A stretch of 64,000 nucleotides of DNA from a bacterium (GCA_963675295.2 CAXXKJ010000002.1:3936001-4000000), one strand, 5' to 3'; positions 49,193-57,926 are shown, counted from the first letter of the stretch. Notes: generated from the letters alone by a model not told the origin. A program made the numbers and translations.

Positions 49193-49372
49193 GTGCCCCT
49201 GATGGCTCCGTCAGCAGGGATGGTCAGAGGTCGAGGTGGCCGGCTGTGGATCATCCGCGTCCTCAAGCGGACACGGGCACATTCTGCTTGGCATTGCTCC
49301 CAATTCAACGGCTGATGAGCCCCTGATGGTATTTCAAACCGGGGACACTTTGGGGACAAAGTGTCCCCGGTT
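49193..49372 (+). repeat. Composite repeat copy A
   Basis: gtgcccctgatggctccg, cagggat, family C hairpin, gctgatg.gcccc.gat, family D palindrome; same order as copy B. Confidence 0.85.
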
Positions 49373-49659
49373 GTGTGGGACGAGATGTGTTGTCCGAGAG
49401 ACGAGGGACCAGAGCCGAGAGACTGTAAAAGCCCTTTGACCTGTGCAAAGAACCGGATCGCGGTGCGGGGCTACTCTGTGTACGGAAGCAGCGTGGGACG
49501 TTGCTTGTGAACCCTGGCACGAAGAGCGCCGCGATGATCATCTACCGCACCCCTGAAGACGACACGACTGAACTGACCGCCACGATGCCGCGGAACGGTA
49601 TCAACGGATCCAGGCCAAGCCAAACACCTGAAGCCTCTCGTGTTGATACGGCGGAAACC

Positions 49660-50784
49660 ATGACTCCGTGTCGCGATAAGGCGGATCAGGATCGCTCTCC
49701 CACCCGGGTGAAACGGCTCAGCAAGCCGATGTCATCCGATCCGCGCAAATTCAAGTGGAACCGGAAACACTTCGCGTTGCAGCAGGGGAAGATCCGCACC
49801 AGCGGCTGGCGGTTCCTGTCGCAGGGATTCTTCACCGTGCTGTGCATCGTGCTCGGCTGGCAGTTTATCCAGTTCGTTGATGCGGCTTATTCGACCACTG
49901 CTGGGCCATTGCCGACCCGTCCCCCGGGAGTCGAGGGCTTCCTCCCGATCAGCGGCCTGATGGGCGCGTTGGACTGGATCTACCAGGGTAGCTTGAACAC
50001 GATCCACCCGGCCGCGACGATCCTGTTTCTGCTGTTTGTCGCGTTGGCGGTGGTGTTCCGGAAATCGTTCTGCGGCTGGATTTGCCCGGTCGGGTTGGTC
50101 TCGGAAACACTGGCGCGTGCCGGCCGTTGGATTTTCGGCCGGAATGTGAAGCCGTGGCCGTGGCTGGATTTCATCCTGCGCGGGCTGAAGTATCTCATCC
50201 TCGGCTTCTTTGTCTGGGCGATCATCGGAATGGGCGCGGAGGGGTTGAACGCGTTCATCAACAGCCCGTACAACAAGGTTTCCGACATCAAGATGCTGGA
50301 GTTTTTCCGTGACCTCTCGCGGGTCGGCGGGATTGTGATCCTGGTGCTGGCGGCGGGGTCGGTGGTGATCAACGGGTTCTGGTGCCGGTACATGTGCCCG
50401 TACGGCGCGTTGATGGGGCTGGTTGGCTGGTTGAGTCCGGTGAAGGTGCGGCGTGACGATAGCAAGTGCATCGACTGCAAGCTGTGCGACAAGGCATGCC
50501 CAGCGAAACTGATCGTTAGCACTCGGGACACCATCACCAAGGTCGAGTGCATCGGCTGCCACGACTGTGTCTCCAGCTGTCCCGCGCCGGGTGCGTTGAA
50601 GTTTGGCACAAAGAAGCGCACGGTCAAGCCACGTACGATCGCCATCGCGATCGTGATCGCGTTGGTCGCGGCGACATCCGCTGCGCGTGTCGCTGGAGTC
50701 TGGCAGAACATCATCAGCGACGACGAAATCCGGTTCCACGTCGCACGAATGGAGTCAGAGGAGTACGGCCACCCGGGCCGCTAG
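49660..50784 (+). CDS. Membrane 4Fe-4S binding protein (YccM/NapH-like); start uncertain
   Basis: RPPGVEGFLPI, FCGWICP, WCRYMCP, CIDCKLCDKACP, CIGCHDCVSSCP, terminal YGHP. Confidence 0.88.
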   Translation: MTPCRDKADQDRSPTRVKRLSKPMSSDPRKFKWNRKHFALQQGKIRTSGWRFLSQGFFTVLCIVLGWQFIQFVDAAYSTTAGPLPTRPPGVEGFLPISGLMGALDWIYQGSLNTIHPAATILFLLFVALAVVFRKSFCGWICPVGLVSETLARAGRWIFGRNVKPWPWLDFILRGLKYLILGFFVWAIIGMGAEGLNAFINSPYNKVSDIKMLEFFRDLSRVGGIVILVLAAGSVVINGFWCRYMCPYGALMGLVGWLSPVKVRRDDSKCIDCKLCDKACPAKLIVSTRDTITKVECIGCHDCVSSCPAPGALKFGTKKRTVKPRTIAIAIVIALVAATSAARVAGVWQNIISDDEIRFHVARMESEEYGHPGR

Positions 50785-50821
50785 AGTACCCACTGGAACT
50801 CGTAACGTAGAGGATCGTACT

Positions 50822-51628
50822 ATGGGCGTCCGAACCATCGTCGATATCGATGAGGCGTTGTGCAATGGCTGCGGCGATTGCATCCCGAATTGTGTCGAAG
50901 GCGCGTTGAAAATTGTTGACGGCAAGGCAAAGCTGGTCAGCGACGTGTTGTGCGATGGATTCGGTGCCTGTCTCGGCCACTGTCCCCAAGACGCGATCCG
51001 GATGGTGGATCGTGAGGCAGATGAGTATGATGAAGATGCCGTCGAAGCGTATCATCGCTCGGGCTCATTGGCGCATGGACAGCCGGCTATACGGCGTAAA
51101 ACACAAGGTTCCCCCCATGTGTTTGCTCCGGCGCCAATGTGCCCGGGCTCGATGGCGCGCAATCTGAAGTCGCCATCTCCCCCACCCACAATCCAGGATT
51201 CCGAACCTCAGATTGTTCGTCAGAGTAGCCAGCTCAGTAGTTGGCCGGTGCAGCTGCATCTGCTCAACCCGATGGCGCCGTTCCTGCCGGGCAGCGACCT
51301 TTTGTTGTGTGCGGACTGCGTCCCGTTCGCGTTGCCCAACTTCCACCAGGAGTATCTCAAGGACCGTGTCGTGGCGATCGGCTGCCCGAAGCTGGACAAC
51401 GTCGCACCGTACCTCGACAAGCTGACCGCGATGCTGCGGCGTGAGGTGCGGTCGCTGGCAGTGCTGCACATGGAGGTGCCGTGTTGCGGCGGGATTGTCA
51501 ACCTGGCGGTGCAGGCGTGGAAACGGGCGGCGGTGAACATCCCGTTACGTGCGATCCAAGTGTCGATCCGGGGTGAGATTCTGGCGGATGAGTCGTACGG
51601 GCCGGTGACGGAAAACGGTGCGGCGTAG
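50822..51628 (+). CDS. 4Fe-4S ferredoxin-domain protein (FrdX-like, hcp-associated type)
   Basis: CNGCGDCIPNC, CDGFGACLGHCP, CPGS, WPVQL, ADC, GCPKLD, MEVPCC. Confidence 0.85.
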   Translation: MGVRTIVDIDEALCNGCGDCIPNCVEGALKIVDGKAKLVSDVLCDGFGACLGHCPQDAIRMVDREADEYDEDAVEAYHRSGSLAHGQPAIRRKTQGSPHVFAPAPMCPGSMARNLKSPSPPPTIQDSEPQIVRQSSQLSSWPVQLHLLNPMAPFLPGSDLLLCADCVPFALPNFHQEYLKDRVVAIGCPKLDNVAPYLDKLTAMLRREVRSLAVLHMEVPCCGGIVNLAVQAWKRAAVNIPLRAIQVSIRGEILADESYGPVTENGAA

Positions 51629-51689
51629 GAGGTACCCTCTGATGACCTCCTGCCCCAGACATTCATGTCTGGGCTGATCCGCACTCGAT

Positions 51690-51868
51690 GTGCCCCTGAT
51701 GGCTCCGCCGGCAGGGATTGTCCGGCCTCAGACAATCCGCGTCCGCAAGCGGACACGGGCACGACTTGGCGGACATGTCCTGTTGGACATCGTTCCCAAC
51801 GACAGCCGCTGATGTGCCCCAGATAGACATGCATATCGGGGACACTTTGGGGACAAAGTGTCCCCGAT
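51690..51868 (+). repeat. Composite repeat copy B
   Basis: Same ordered modules as 49193-49372; preceded by a family A hairpin at 51651-51673. Confidence 0.85.
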
Positions 51869-51910
51869 TCATGACCAATTCATGACCAATTCATGACCAA
51901 TTCATGACCG
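51867..51910. repeat. 11-bp tandem repeat (ATTCATGACCA), 4 units
   Basis: Three exact units plus attcatgaccg, followed by a degenerate fifth. Confidence 0.9.
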
Positions 51911-51965
51911 ATCCATGAGATTGTCCGAATCCCGAGGGACGAGGGACTAATAACGAGAGACGGAC

Positions 51966-53132
51966 TTACCCCACCCAGGTACGTGGGATCTCGCCGGGTA
52001 GCCGGACCAGGACCTCGTAGTTGAGGTATTGGCCGAGGTCGGAGAACGTGCCGAGGCTGATCTCTCTTTCGCCCTGCTTGCCGATGATGACGACCTCGTC
52101 CCCAGTGTCCACCTGCCCGATGTCGGTGGTATCAACGAGGATCATGTTCATGTTGACCGTACCGATCACCGGCACCCGTTGCCCGCGCACCAGCACTTTG
52201 CCGAGGTTGCTGAGGCTGCGTGCGAATCCATGCCAGTAGCCGATTGGAACCGTGGCGAGGTGGGTGGTTCGAGTGGTGAGGAACGAGATTCCGTAGCCGA
52301 TGTATTCACCCGGTTTGACGGTTTTCACGCTCATCACGCGGCTCTTCCAGCGGATGACCCGTTTCAACGGGTCGACATAGTCCTCCACATCCTCGATGCC
52401 GGACTCGAGGAAGTAGTGCATCAGGATTTCCTTGCTTGGCCAGTAGCCGTATTGCGCGATCCCGACACGAACCATGTCCTGAATGGTTTTCGGGTATGCA
52501 AATGTCGCAGCCGAGCTGGCGACATGCTTTGCGAACGTCTTGATGCCGAGACGTTTCAGTTTGCCCGTCATCCGTCGGTAGTTCTTCAGCTGCTTCTGAA
52601 TCCGCCAGTAATTTGCCGTTGATTCCGCCCCGGCGAAATGGGTGCAAACACCGTCCACGCTGATCGTGTTTCCATTGTGCAGGATGAGATCCGCGACGTC
52701 GCCGAGTTGATCCTCCGGCAGGCCGGTACGATTCATGCCGGTTTCCAGCTCGAGGTGCACCTTGGCTTTCTTGCCGACCCGTGCCGCTGCACGATTGGTC
52801 GCCCGCAGACGTTCGAGATCGAACACGTAGAACGCGATCTCATTATCAACCGCCCACTCGAGCTCGGCCTCGTCGATGTAGCCCATGATCATGATTTCGC
52901 ACGGTTCGGTTCGTGCTTCGAGCACCGCCAGCGCTTCTCCCGCACTGAATACGGAGAAGTGATCGACGCCGCATTCCTGGGCCTTGGGGATGAAGTGGTT
53001 GATGCCGTGGCCGTATGCATTCCCTTTCACCACCGAACTAAAGATGGTCTTCGGGCCGATCCGGTCCCGCAGAAATTCGAGGTTGGTCCGTAGTGCGCGT
53101 TCGCTGAGTTCAATGATGGACGTGTGAAACAT
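51966..53132 (-). CDS. alr: Alanine racemase family protein
   Basis: VVKGNAYGHG PLP lysine, ETGMNRTG, THFA, MVRVG, IGYG. Confidence 0.88.
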   Translation of the reverse strand: MFHTSIIELSERALRTNLEFLRDRIGPKTIFSSVVKGNAYGHGINHFIPKAQECGVDHFSVFSAGEALAVLEARTEPCEIMIMGYIDEAELEWAVDNEIAFYVFDLERLRATNRAAARVGKKAKVHLELETGMNRTGLPEDQLGDVADLILHNGNTISVDGVCTHFAGAESTANYWRIQKQLKNYRRMTGKLKRLGIKTFAKHVASSAATFAYPKTIQDMVRVGIAQYGYWPSKEILMHYFLESGIEDVEDYVDPLKRVIRWKSRVMSVKTVKPGEYIGYGISFLTTRTTHLATVPIGYWHGFARSLSNLGKVLVRGQRVPVIGTVNMNMILVDTTDIGQVDTGDEVVIIGKQGEREISLGTFSDLGQYLNYEVLVRLPGEIPRTWVG

Positions 53133-54272
53133 TTAACCGAGTACCTTCCGGATGATCTGGTCGAACATATCGACGCCGTGCACAAGGATATCGTCGGGGA
53201 AATCGTAATCGGGATGATGCAGGGCTGGGTGGTCGACGCCGGAACCGAGGCCGAACATGGTTGCGGGGCACCGTTCGCCGAAATGGCCGAAATCCTCCGA
53301 CCACGGGAACGGCAGCGCGGGTTCAACGAGGGCCAGGCCGAGAGTTGAGGCGCTGTCGCGCACGACGGAAGTCGTATCGGTGTGGTTGACAGTCGCCGGG
53401 AACGGTTCGACCCACTCGACCTCGTGCCGCAGACTGTACGCGGCTGCGATGTTTTTAGCCAGTTTTGCGCATTGGTCCTGCAACGCCTGCAGCGTTTCAG
53501 TGCGATGGGCGCGCAGGGTCGCCATCACCACCGCCTCTCCGGGGGAGGTGCCGAACGCGACTTTGCCGAGTTTCGCATGGATGATGGTCACCTTCGCCGC
53601 TTCACCCAGCGACGTATGGAATTGCGGGGCGGCGCTGAGGGCATTGATCAAGGCCGCGACAGCAAGCGCCGGGCTGACGCCATGTTCCGGTTCGGCGGCG
53701 TGCGAGGTGGCACCGTGCAGATCGATCCGCATCCCAACCGACGCCGACGCGAACCCACCCTCACGCAGGATGATCGCGCCGCGGTCGAAACCGGGCAGGT
53801 TGTGCAACGCATACGCCTGGTCGGGGTTAATCCGGGAGAATTGCGGATCGTCGATCACCTTCGCCGCGCCCTCGCCGGTTTCCTCGGCGGGTTGGTACAG
53901 CAGGACCGCTTCGCCACGCATGGGCCGCTTTTCGGCCAACCGTGACGCCAGCGCCGACAACATCGCCATGTGGCCGTCATGACCGCACTTGTGCGACACA
54001 CCGTCCCGAGTGGATTTGTAGTTGAGGCTCGTGTTCTCGTGGATCGGGAGCGCGTCCATGTCGCTGCGGATGAGCAGGCGGGGTCCGTCCTCCTGCCCGC
54101 GAAATACGGCCGCGATGCCGTGCCCGCCGAGACCGGTCAACAGGTCGTCCGACTGAGTCGCGCGCAACCAGGTGAGGATGCGTTCGGCGGTGCCGGACTC
54201 ACAGTGGGAGGGCTCCGGGTGACGGTGCAGCTCGTGCCGCAACTCGATCGCTTGTCGTACCAGCTCGTTCAT
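53133..54272 (-). CDS. M20D amidohydrolase
   Basis: LHRHPE, RSDMDALP, HKCGHDGH, QPAEE, SEDF, LHHPDYDF. Confidence 0.92.
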   Translation of the reverse strand: MNELVRQAIELRHELHRHPEPSHCESGTAERILTWLRATQSDDLLTGLGGHGIAAVFRGQEDGPRLLIRSDMDALPIHENTSLNYKSTRDGVSHKCGHDGHMAMLSALASRLAEKRPMRGEAVLLYQPAEETGEGAAKVIDDPQFSRINPDQAYALHNLPGFDRGAIILREGGFASASVGMRIDLHGATSHAAEPEHGVSPALAVAALINALSAAPQFHTSLGEAAKVTIIHAKLGKVAFGTSPGEAVVMATLRAHRTETLQALQDQCAKLAKNIAAAYSLRHEVEWVEPFPATVNHTDTTSVVRDSASTLGLALVEPALPFPWSEDFGHFGERCPATMFGLGSGVDHPALHHPDYDFPDDILVHGVDMFDQIIRKVLG

Positions 54273-54473
54273 CAGGATGGGTCGTTTTAGCTCGCGGTTC
54301 GCCGTCGCCTTGTTGGACGGAGAACGCCTGAACCGGTGAGGGTTTGCCATATCCGGCGAACGCGTCGCTCGGACACGAAAGTATGGTACTGCCTCCGGGT
54401 GGGAGGATCAATGTCGGAGGTCAGATGGATCGGGAACGGAAGTCAGCGGCCGCGATACTCAACCCGGGATAAA

Positions 54474-54591
54474 CATGCCCCAGACATTCATGTCTGGGAT
54501 GATAGCTTAGGATAACCCCGGGCTGAAGCCCGAGGACGTGGTTGCTGTTGTCTCGTGACCGTTCGATCATCCCGGACTGAAGTCCGAGGAC
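54474..54591. repeat. Cluster of REP-like hairpins (families A and B)
   Basis: catgccccagacattcatgtctggg; ccccgggctgaagcccgaggac; cccggactgaagtccgaggac. Confidence 0.8.
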
Positions 54592-54627
54592 ACGGTGACG
54601 GTGGAGTTGCCTGCAGCCCGCAGCCCG

Positions 54628-55203
54628 TTATTTATGCGCGAGATACCATTGCACAGCGATGATGGTCTTGGCGTCCACGATGGTCCCGTCGTAGATCCCG
54701 GTCGCCAGCTGCTCGCGTGTCATTTCGATCACGCGGAGGTCTTCACCGGCATCGACTCCACCGCCGTCCTCGATACGGTCGTCGTCGGTCACTTCGCCGT
54801 AGTACAGCCACATACGTTCGGTCGCACCACCGGGCGTGGTGTAGTAGGTCAGAATGTGTTCGAGTTCCGGCGCACGGTAGCCGGTTTCCTCGAGCAACTC
54901 CCGGTGCATCGTGTCGAGCGGCTCCTCGCCGTCCACATCCATCAACCCGGCTGGCAATTCGGTGATCCAGCCTTCATCGCCTTTCAGGTACACCGGCGGA
55001 CGAAACTGTTCGACGAGGATCAGGGTGTTGCGCTCGCGGTGCCTCAGGAGAGCAGCGACGGCGTCATTGCGGCGGTAGATCAGCCGGCTGAGCACCGGTG
55101 TCATGGTTCCGTCGAAACGGGTATGCCGCAGCAGCACGGAATCAATCTTGAAGAATTCGTCAAACACACGTTGTTTTTCGAGCAGCTCTACGTGTCGGTC
55201 CAT
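54628..55203 (-). CDS. NUDIX hydrolase (ADP-ribose pyrophosphatase-like)
   Basis: EQFRPP, ELPAG...RELLEETG Nudix box, DAKT; SD GAGGAG. Confidence 0.92.
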   Translation of the reverse strand: MDRHVELLEKQRVFDEFFKIDSVLLRHTRFDGTMTPVLSRLIYRRNDAVAALLRHRERNTLILVEQFRPPVYLKGDEGWITELPAGLMDVDGEEPLDTMHRELLEETGYRAPELEHILTYYTTPGGATERMWLYYGEVTDDDRIEDGGGVDAGEDLRVIEMTREQLATGIYDGTIVDAKTIIAVQWYLAHK

Positions 55204-55287
55204 CCTCTCCTCGATTTCGGGTGACGGTTTTTCTCCGGAGCCCGTTTGGAGTTCTACGTGTTGCGCAAGAGGCAGAAACTTCCCTAA

Positions 55288-55304
55288 ATCGGAATTATTC
55301 TGAT
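55288..55304. promoter_or_regulatory. Candidate PerR/Fur autoregulatory site
   Basis: ATCGGA attat TCTGAT, same 6-5-6 geometry as the dps and prx sites. Confidence 0.45.
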
Positions 55305-55376
55305 TCACCCTTGCATCAGAGGGGTCAGCACCGTTATTCTAATAAGTGGTATTTGCTACGTTTACCAACAGTACGG

Positions 55377-55817
55377 ATGAGCGCCATGCAGACGGAACTC
55401 ACCGACCGGTTCATCAAGATGGCCCGGGAACGGAAGTTGAAGGTAACACCGCAGCGGGTGGAAATTTTTCGCACGCTGGCGATGTCCCACGAGCACCCCT
55501 CGGCCGAGCAGATTCACAAGGACGTGCGCGAGCATCTGCCCGCTGTCTCACTCGACACGGTGTATCGTACGCTCGCAACGCTCGAGCAGCACGGTCTGAT
55601 CGATCGTGTGAACACCTCCGACGATCGCGCGCGGTACGAGGTGCATGATCACGATCATCACCACTTCGTGTGCGTCAAATGCAAGGAAGTGTACGACGTC
55701 GAGTGGCCGGAATTTGACCAGTTGCCGCTCCCCGCAGGAGTGGCGGAACTGGGCTTGCCGATGCAACCACGAGTCGAACTGCGGGGCATTTGCAAGAAAT
55801 GCCAGCAACAGATTTAA
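55377..55817 (+). CDS. Fur-family regulator (PerR-like)
   Basis: TPQR, HPSAE, SLDTVYRTL, HHHFVCVKC, GICKKC; adjacent to a peroxiredoxin. Confidence 0.92.
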   Translation: MSAMQTELTDRFIKMARERKLKVTPQRVEIFRTLAMSHEHPSAEQIHKDVREHLPAVSLDTVYRTLATLEQHGLIDRVNTSDDRARYEVHDHDHHHFVCVKCKEVYDVEWPEFDQLPLPAGVAELGLPMQPRVELRGICKKCQQQI

Positions 55818-55961
55818 TCATCTGATCAGCGGGCGGCGAGACCTTCGTTGCCCGTTTTCTCTGCCCTTCCTGAACCACCATCGCCTTCGTCAGAACCCCC
55901 GGAGCACCCGGTTGAAACACAAGCTGGCTTTTCGCATCCTAGAAACAAGAACAAATTGGAG

Positions 55962-55978
55962 ATAGGAGAAATTCCTAT
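55962..55978. promoter_or_regulatory. Candidate PerR/Fur operator upstream of peroxiredoxin
   Basis: Perfect palindrome (g)ATAGGA gaaat TCCTAT(c). Confidence 0.7.
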
Positions 55979-56016
55979 CACACAAAGTGAACAGCCCCCC
56001 GCAAGCCAAGGAGACG

Positions 56017-56670
56017 ATGATGGAAGCGAGCAAGCAGAACCTGCCGTTGATTGGTGACAAGTTCCCGGAGTTCACGGTCAAGAGTACGCATGGCGAACTG
56101 AATCTGCCGGGTGATTATGTGGGCAAGTGGTTCGTGCTGTTCAGCCACCCGGGCGATTTCACGCCGGTATGCACCACCGAGTTTCACGCGTTCGCGAAGC
56201 TGAGCGATGAGTTCAAGGCTCTGAACACGGAGCTGGTCGGGTTGTCCATCGACCAGGTGTTCAGCCACATCGAGTGGGTCAACTGGATTGACAAGCATTT
56301 GAATACGAAGATCCCGTTCCCGGTAATCGCGGATGACCGTGGCGTGATGGCGGAAGGTCTCGGCATGCTGCACCCGGGAAAGGGCTCGAATACGGTGCGT
56401 GCCGTGTTCATCGTGGACCCGAACGGCGTGCTGCGTCTGATGCTGTATTATCCGCAGGAGATCGGGCGGAACATGGATGAGATCCTGCGCACGATCAAGG
56501 CATTGCAGGCCGCCGACGGCAACGGCGTCGCGATTCCGGCGAACTGGCCGAACAACGAGCTGCTCGGCGACAAGGTGATCATCCCGCCCGCGAGCAACGA
56601 AAAGGATGCCGCTGAGCGTCTGGACAAGTATGATGGCTATGACTGGTGGTTCTGCTACCGCGAGTTGTAA
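56017..56670 (+). CDS. Peroxiredoxin (Prx6 subfamily)
   Basis: [25 protein letters not shown], terminal DWWFC. Confidence 0.95.
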   Translation: MMEASKQNLPLIGDKFPEFTVKSTHGELNLPGDYVGKWFVLFSHPGDFTPVCTTEFHAFAKLSDEFKALNTELVGLSIDQVFSHIEWVNWIDKHLNTKIPFPVIADDRGVMAEGLGMLHPGKGSNTVRAVFIVDPNGVLRLMLYYPQEIGRNMDEILRTIKALQAADGNGVAIPANWPNNELLGDKVIIPPASNEKDAAERLDKYDGYDWWFCYREL

Positions 56671-56698
56671 GCCGGTTCCTCCAATTTCTCTGCCCTGG

Positions 56699-56731
56699 AA
56701 AAAGGCTGCCTGAATTGTCAGGCAGCCTTTT
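56699..56731. terminator. Bidirectional terminator
   Basis: aaaaggctgcctga-attg-tcaggcagcctttt. Confidence 0.85.
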
Positions 56732-56754
56732 GCATTCAAGTAGTGCAAAACGGG

Positions 56755-57234
56755 TCAGGCTTCGTCCACCACGATGTCCTCGCCGTCGTCCTGCAGCGTT
56801 TCGTAGTCGCGTTCCATCTCGAACGATGCCGCCATCCGGTCAAAGTGCCAGGCGGTGAGCAGGTTGCTGACGACGAGCAGCAGCAGTGAGACCCAGAATT
56901 TGCGGAACAGGGCGACGATCAGGCTTAGCCCGAGCGTGACCCCGCCGCCGATATTGAGCAGGCGGTCGAGATCATGCGGCCGGCGCAGCGCCCAGACCTG
57001 TTCGCCACGCATGGCGCGGTTCATCCAGCGGTCCTCGCTGCTCGGGGAGAACACGTACGGGCTCACCGCGACAAACGCGAGCACGCCGAGCAGATTCCGG
57101 AAGCTGCGGCGCAGCGATCCAATCCAGAGCAGGAACGGCGCACCGAGACGGACCCAGCCACTGACTTCGTTGGCGTTCAGCGACCAGTCCCGGTACCCGC
57201 CGTCGATCAGGTCGCGGATACGATCCAGATCCAT
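56755..57234 (-). CDS. Hypothetical membrane protein (possibly DUF6653-like)
   Basis: Three to four hydrophobic segments; WMNRAMRGEQVW motif; SD GGAGGAG. Confidence 0.6.
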   Translation of the reverse strand: MDLDRIRDLIDGGYRDWSLNANEVSGWVRLGAPFLLWIGSLRRSFRNLLGVLAFVAVSPYVFSPSSEDRWMNRAMRGEQVWALRRPHDLDRLLNIGGGVTLGLSLIVALFRKFWVSLLLLVVSNLLTAWHFDRMAASFEMERDYETLQDDGEDIVVDEA

Positions 57235-57350
57235 TGTTGGCTCCTCCATTTTCCCGCGTGTTGTGTGTGTCCCGAAGGTAGCAAGCGCGGGACGGGGTGT
57301 GCAGCGTGGATCTCAAGAACGTGGCACGCGGAGATCAGTTTGCTGCAACG

Positions 57351-57376
57351 AAAAAAGGCCTCACGAGGAGGCCTTT
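57351..57376 (-). terminator. Terminator after the tRNA
   Basis: aaaaaaggcctc...gaggccttt. Confidence 0.7.
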
Positions 57377-57384
57377 CTGCCGGG

Positions 57385-57457
57385 TAGCGGGAGAGGGACT
57401 TGAACCCCCGACACGAGGATTATGATTCCCCTGCTCTGCCAACTGAGCTATCCCGCC
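57385..57457 (-). tRNA. tRNA with CAT anticodon, probably elongator Met; CCA not encoded
   Basis: GGCGGGATAGCTCAGTTGGCAGAGCAGGGGAATCATAATCCTCGTGTCGGGGGTTCAAGTCCCTCTCCCGCTA folds as a cloverleaf. Confidence 0.93.
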
Positions 57458-57765
57458 GGGTTGCCGTAAAACGGCAGACGTCGAATATAACGGGCCACTC
57501 CGGGTGGTGCAAGATCTGGATCTCACCCCGGAGACGAAACGCCAGAGCCCGTTCATCGACTGCGAGAGTAAGTTAGCATTTACTAACCCTTCGCGAAAGG
57601 TTCCCGGCAAACTTGCAGCCTTTTCCTGAGTTCACCCACTCAGGAGTACTCGTGATTCGAGAAAATCGTGGATTTTGCGAACTCGCTCTTGTTTTTTCGT
57701 CACGAACGCTCGCAGATTAGTTGCACGCAGTTTTGCCGGAAATCCGAAACAGGATGGTTTGCCAG

Positions 57766-57897
57766 ATGAACCGCACGATCACCAGTCAGCAGACAGCCGT
57801 CGCGCGTTGCAGCAGCAACGTTGCCGTGGCGAGCTCTGTCCAGACCTGGTGGTATTGGTTCACAGCGTCCGAACTCCCGGATCCGGCCCCGTGCTGA
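57766..57897 (+). CDS. Trp/aromatic-rich attenuator leader peptide (43 aa)
   Basis: MNRTITSQQTAVARCSSNVAVASSVQTWWYWFTASELPDPAPC*; alternative in-frame ATG at 57754. Confidence 0.8.
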   Translation: MNRTITSQQTAVARCSSNVAVASSVQTWWYWFTASELPDPAPC

Positions 57898-57926
57898 TGT
57901 GAATCAGCATACCACGCGCGACCAAC

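Noticed and set aside
49434-49450. FNR/HcpR box upstream of the yccM-like gene (tttgacctgtgcaaa)
   Set aside because: TTG-N7-CAA spacing is one base short of the Crp/Fnr geometry.
49193-51920. CRISPR array
   Set aside because: Repeats are dispersed or lack unique spacers of regular length; no cas genes in the window.
57385-57457. tRNA as island integration site
   Set aside because: No integrase and no duplicated tRNA 3' end seen.
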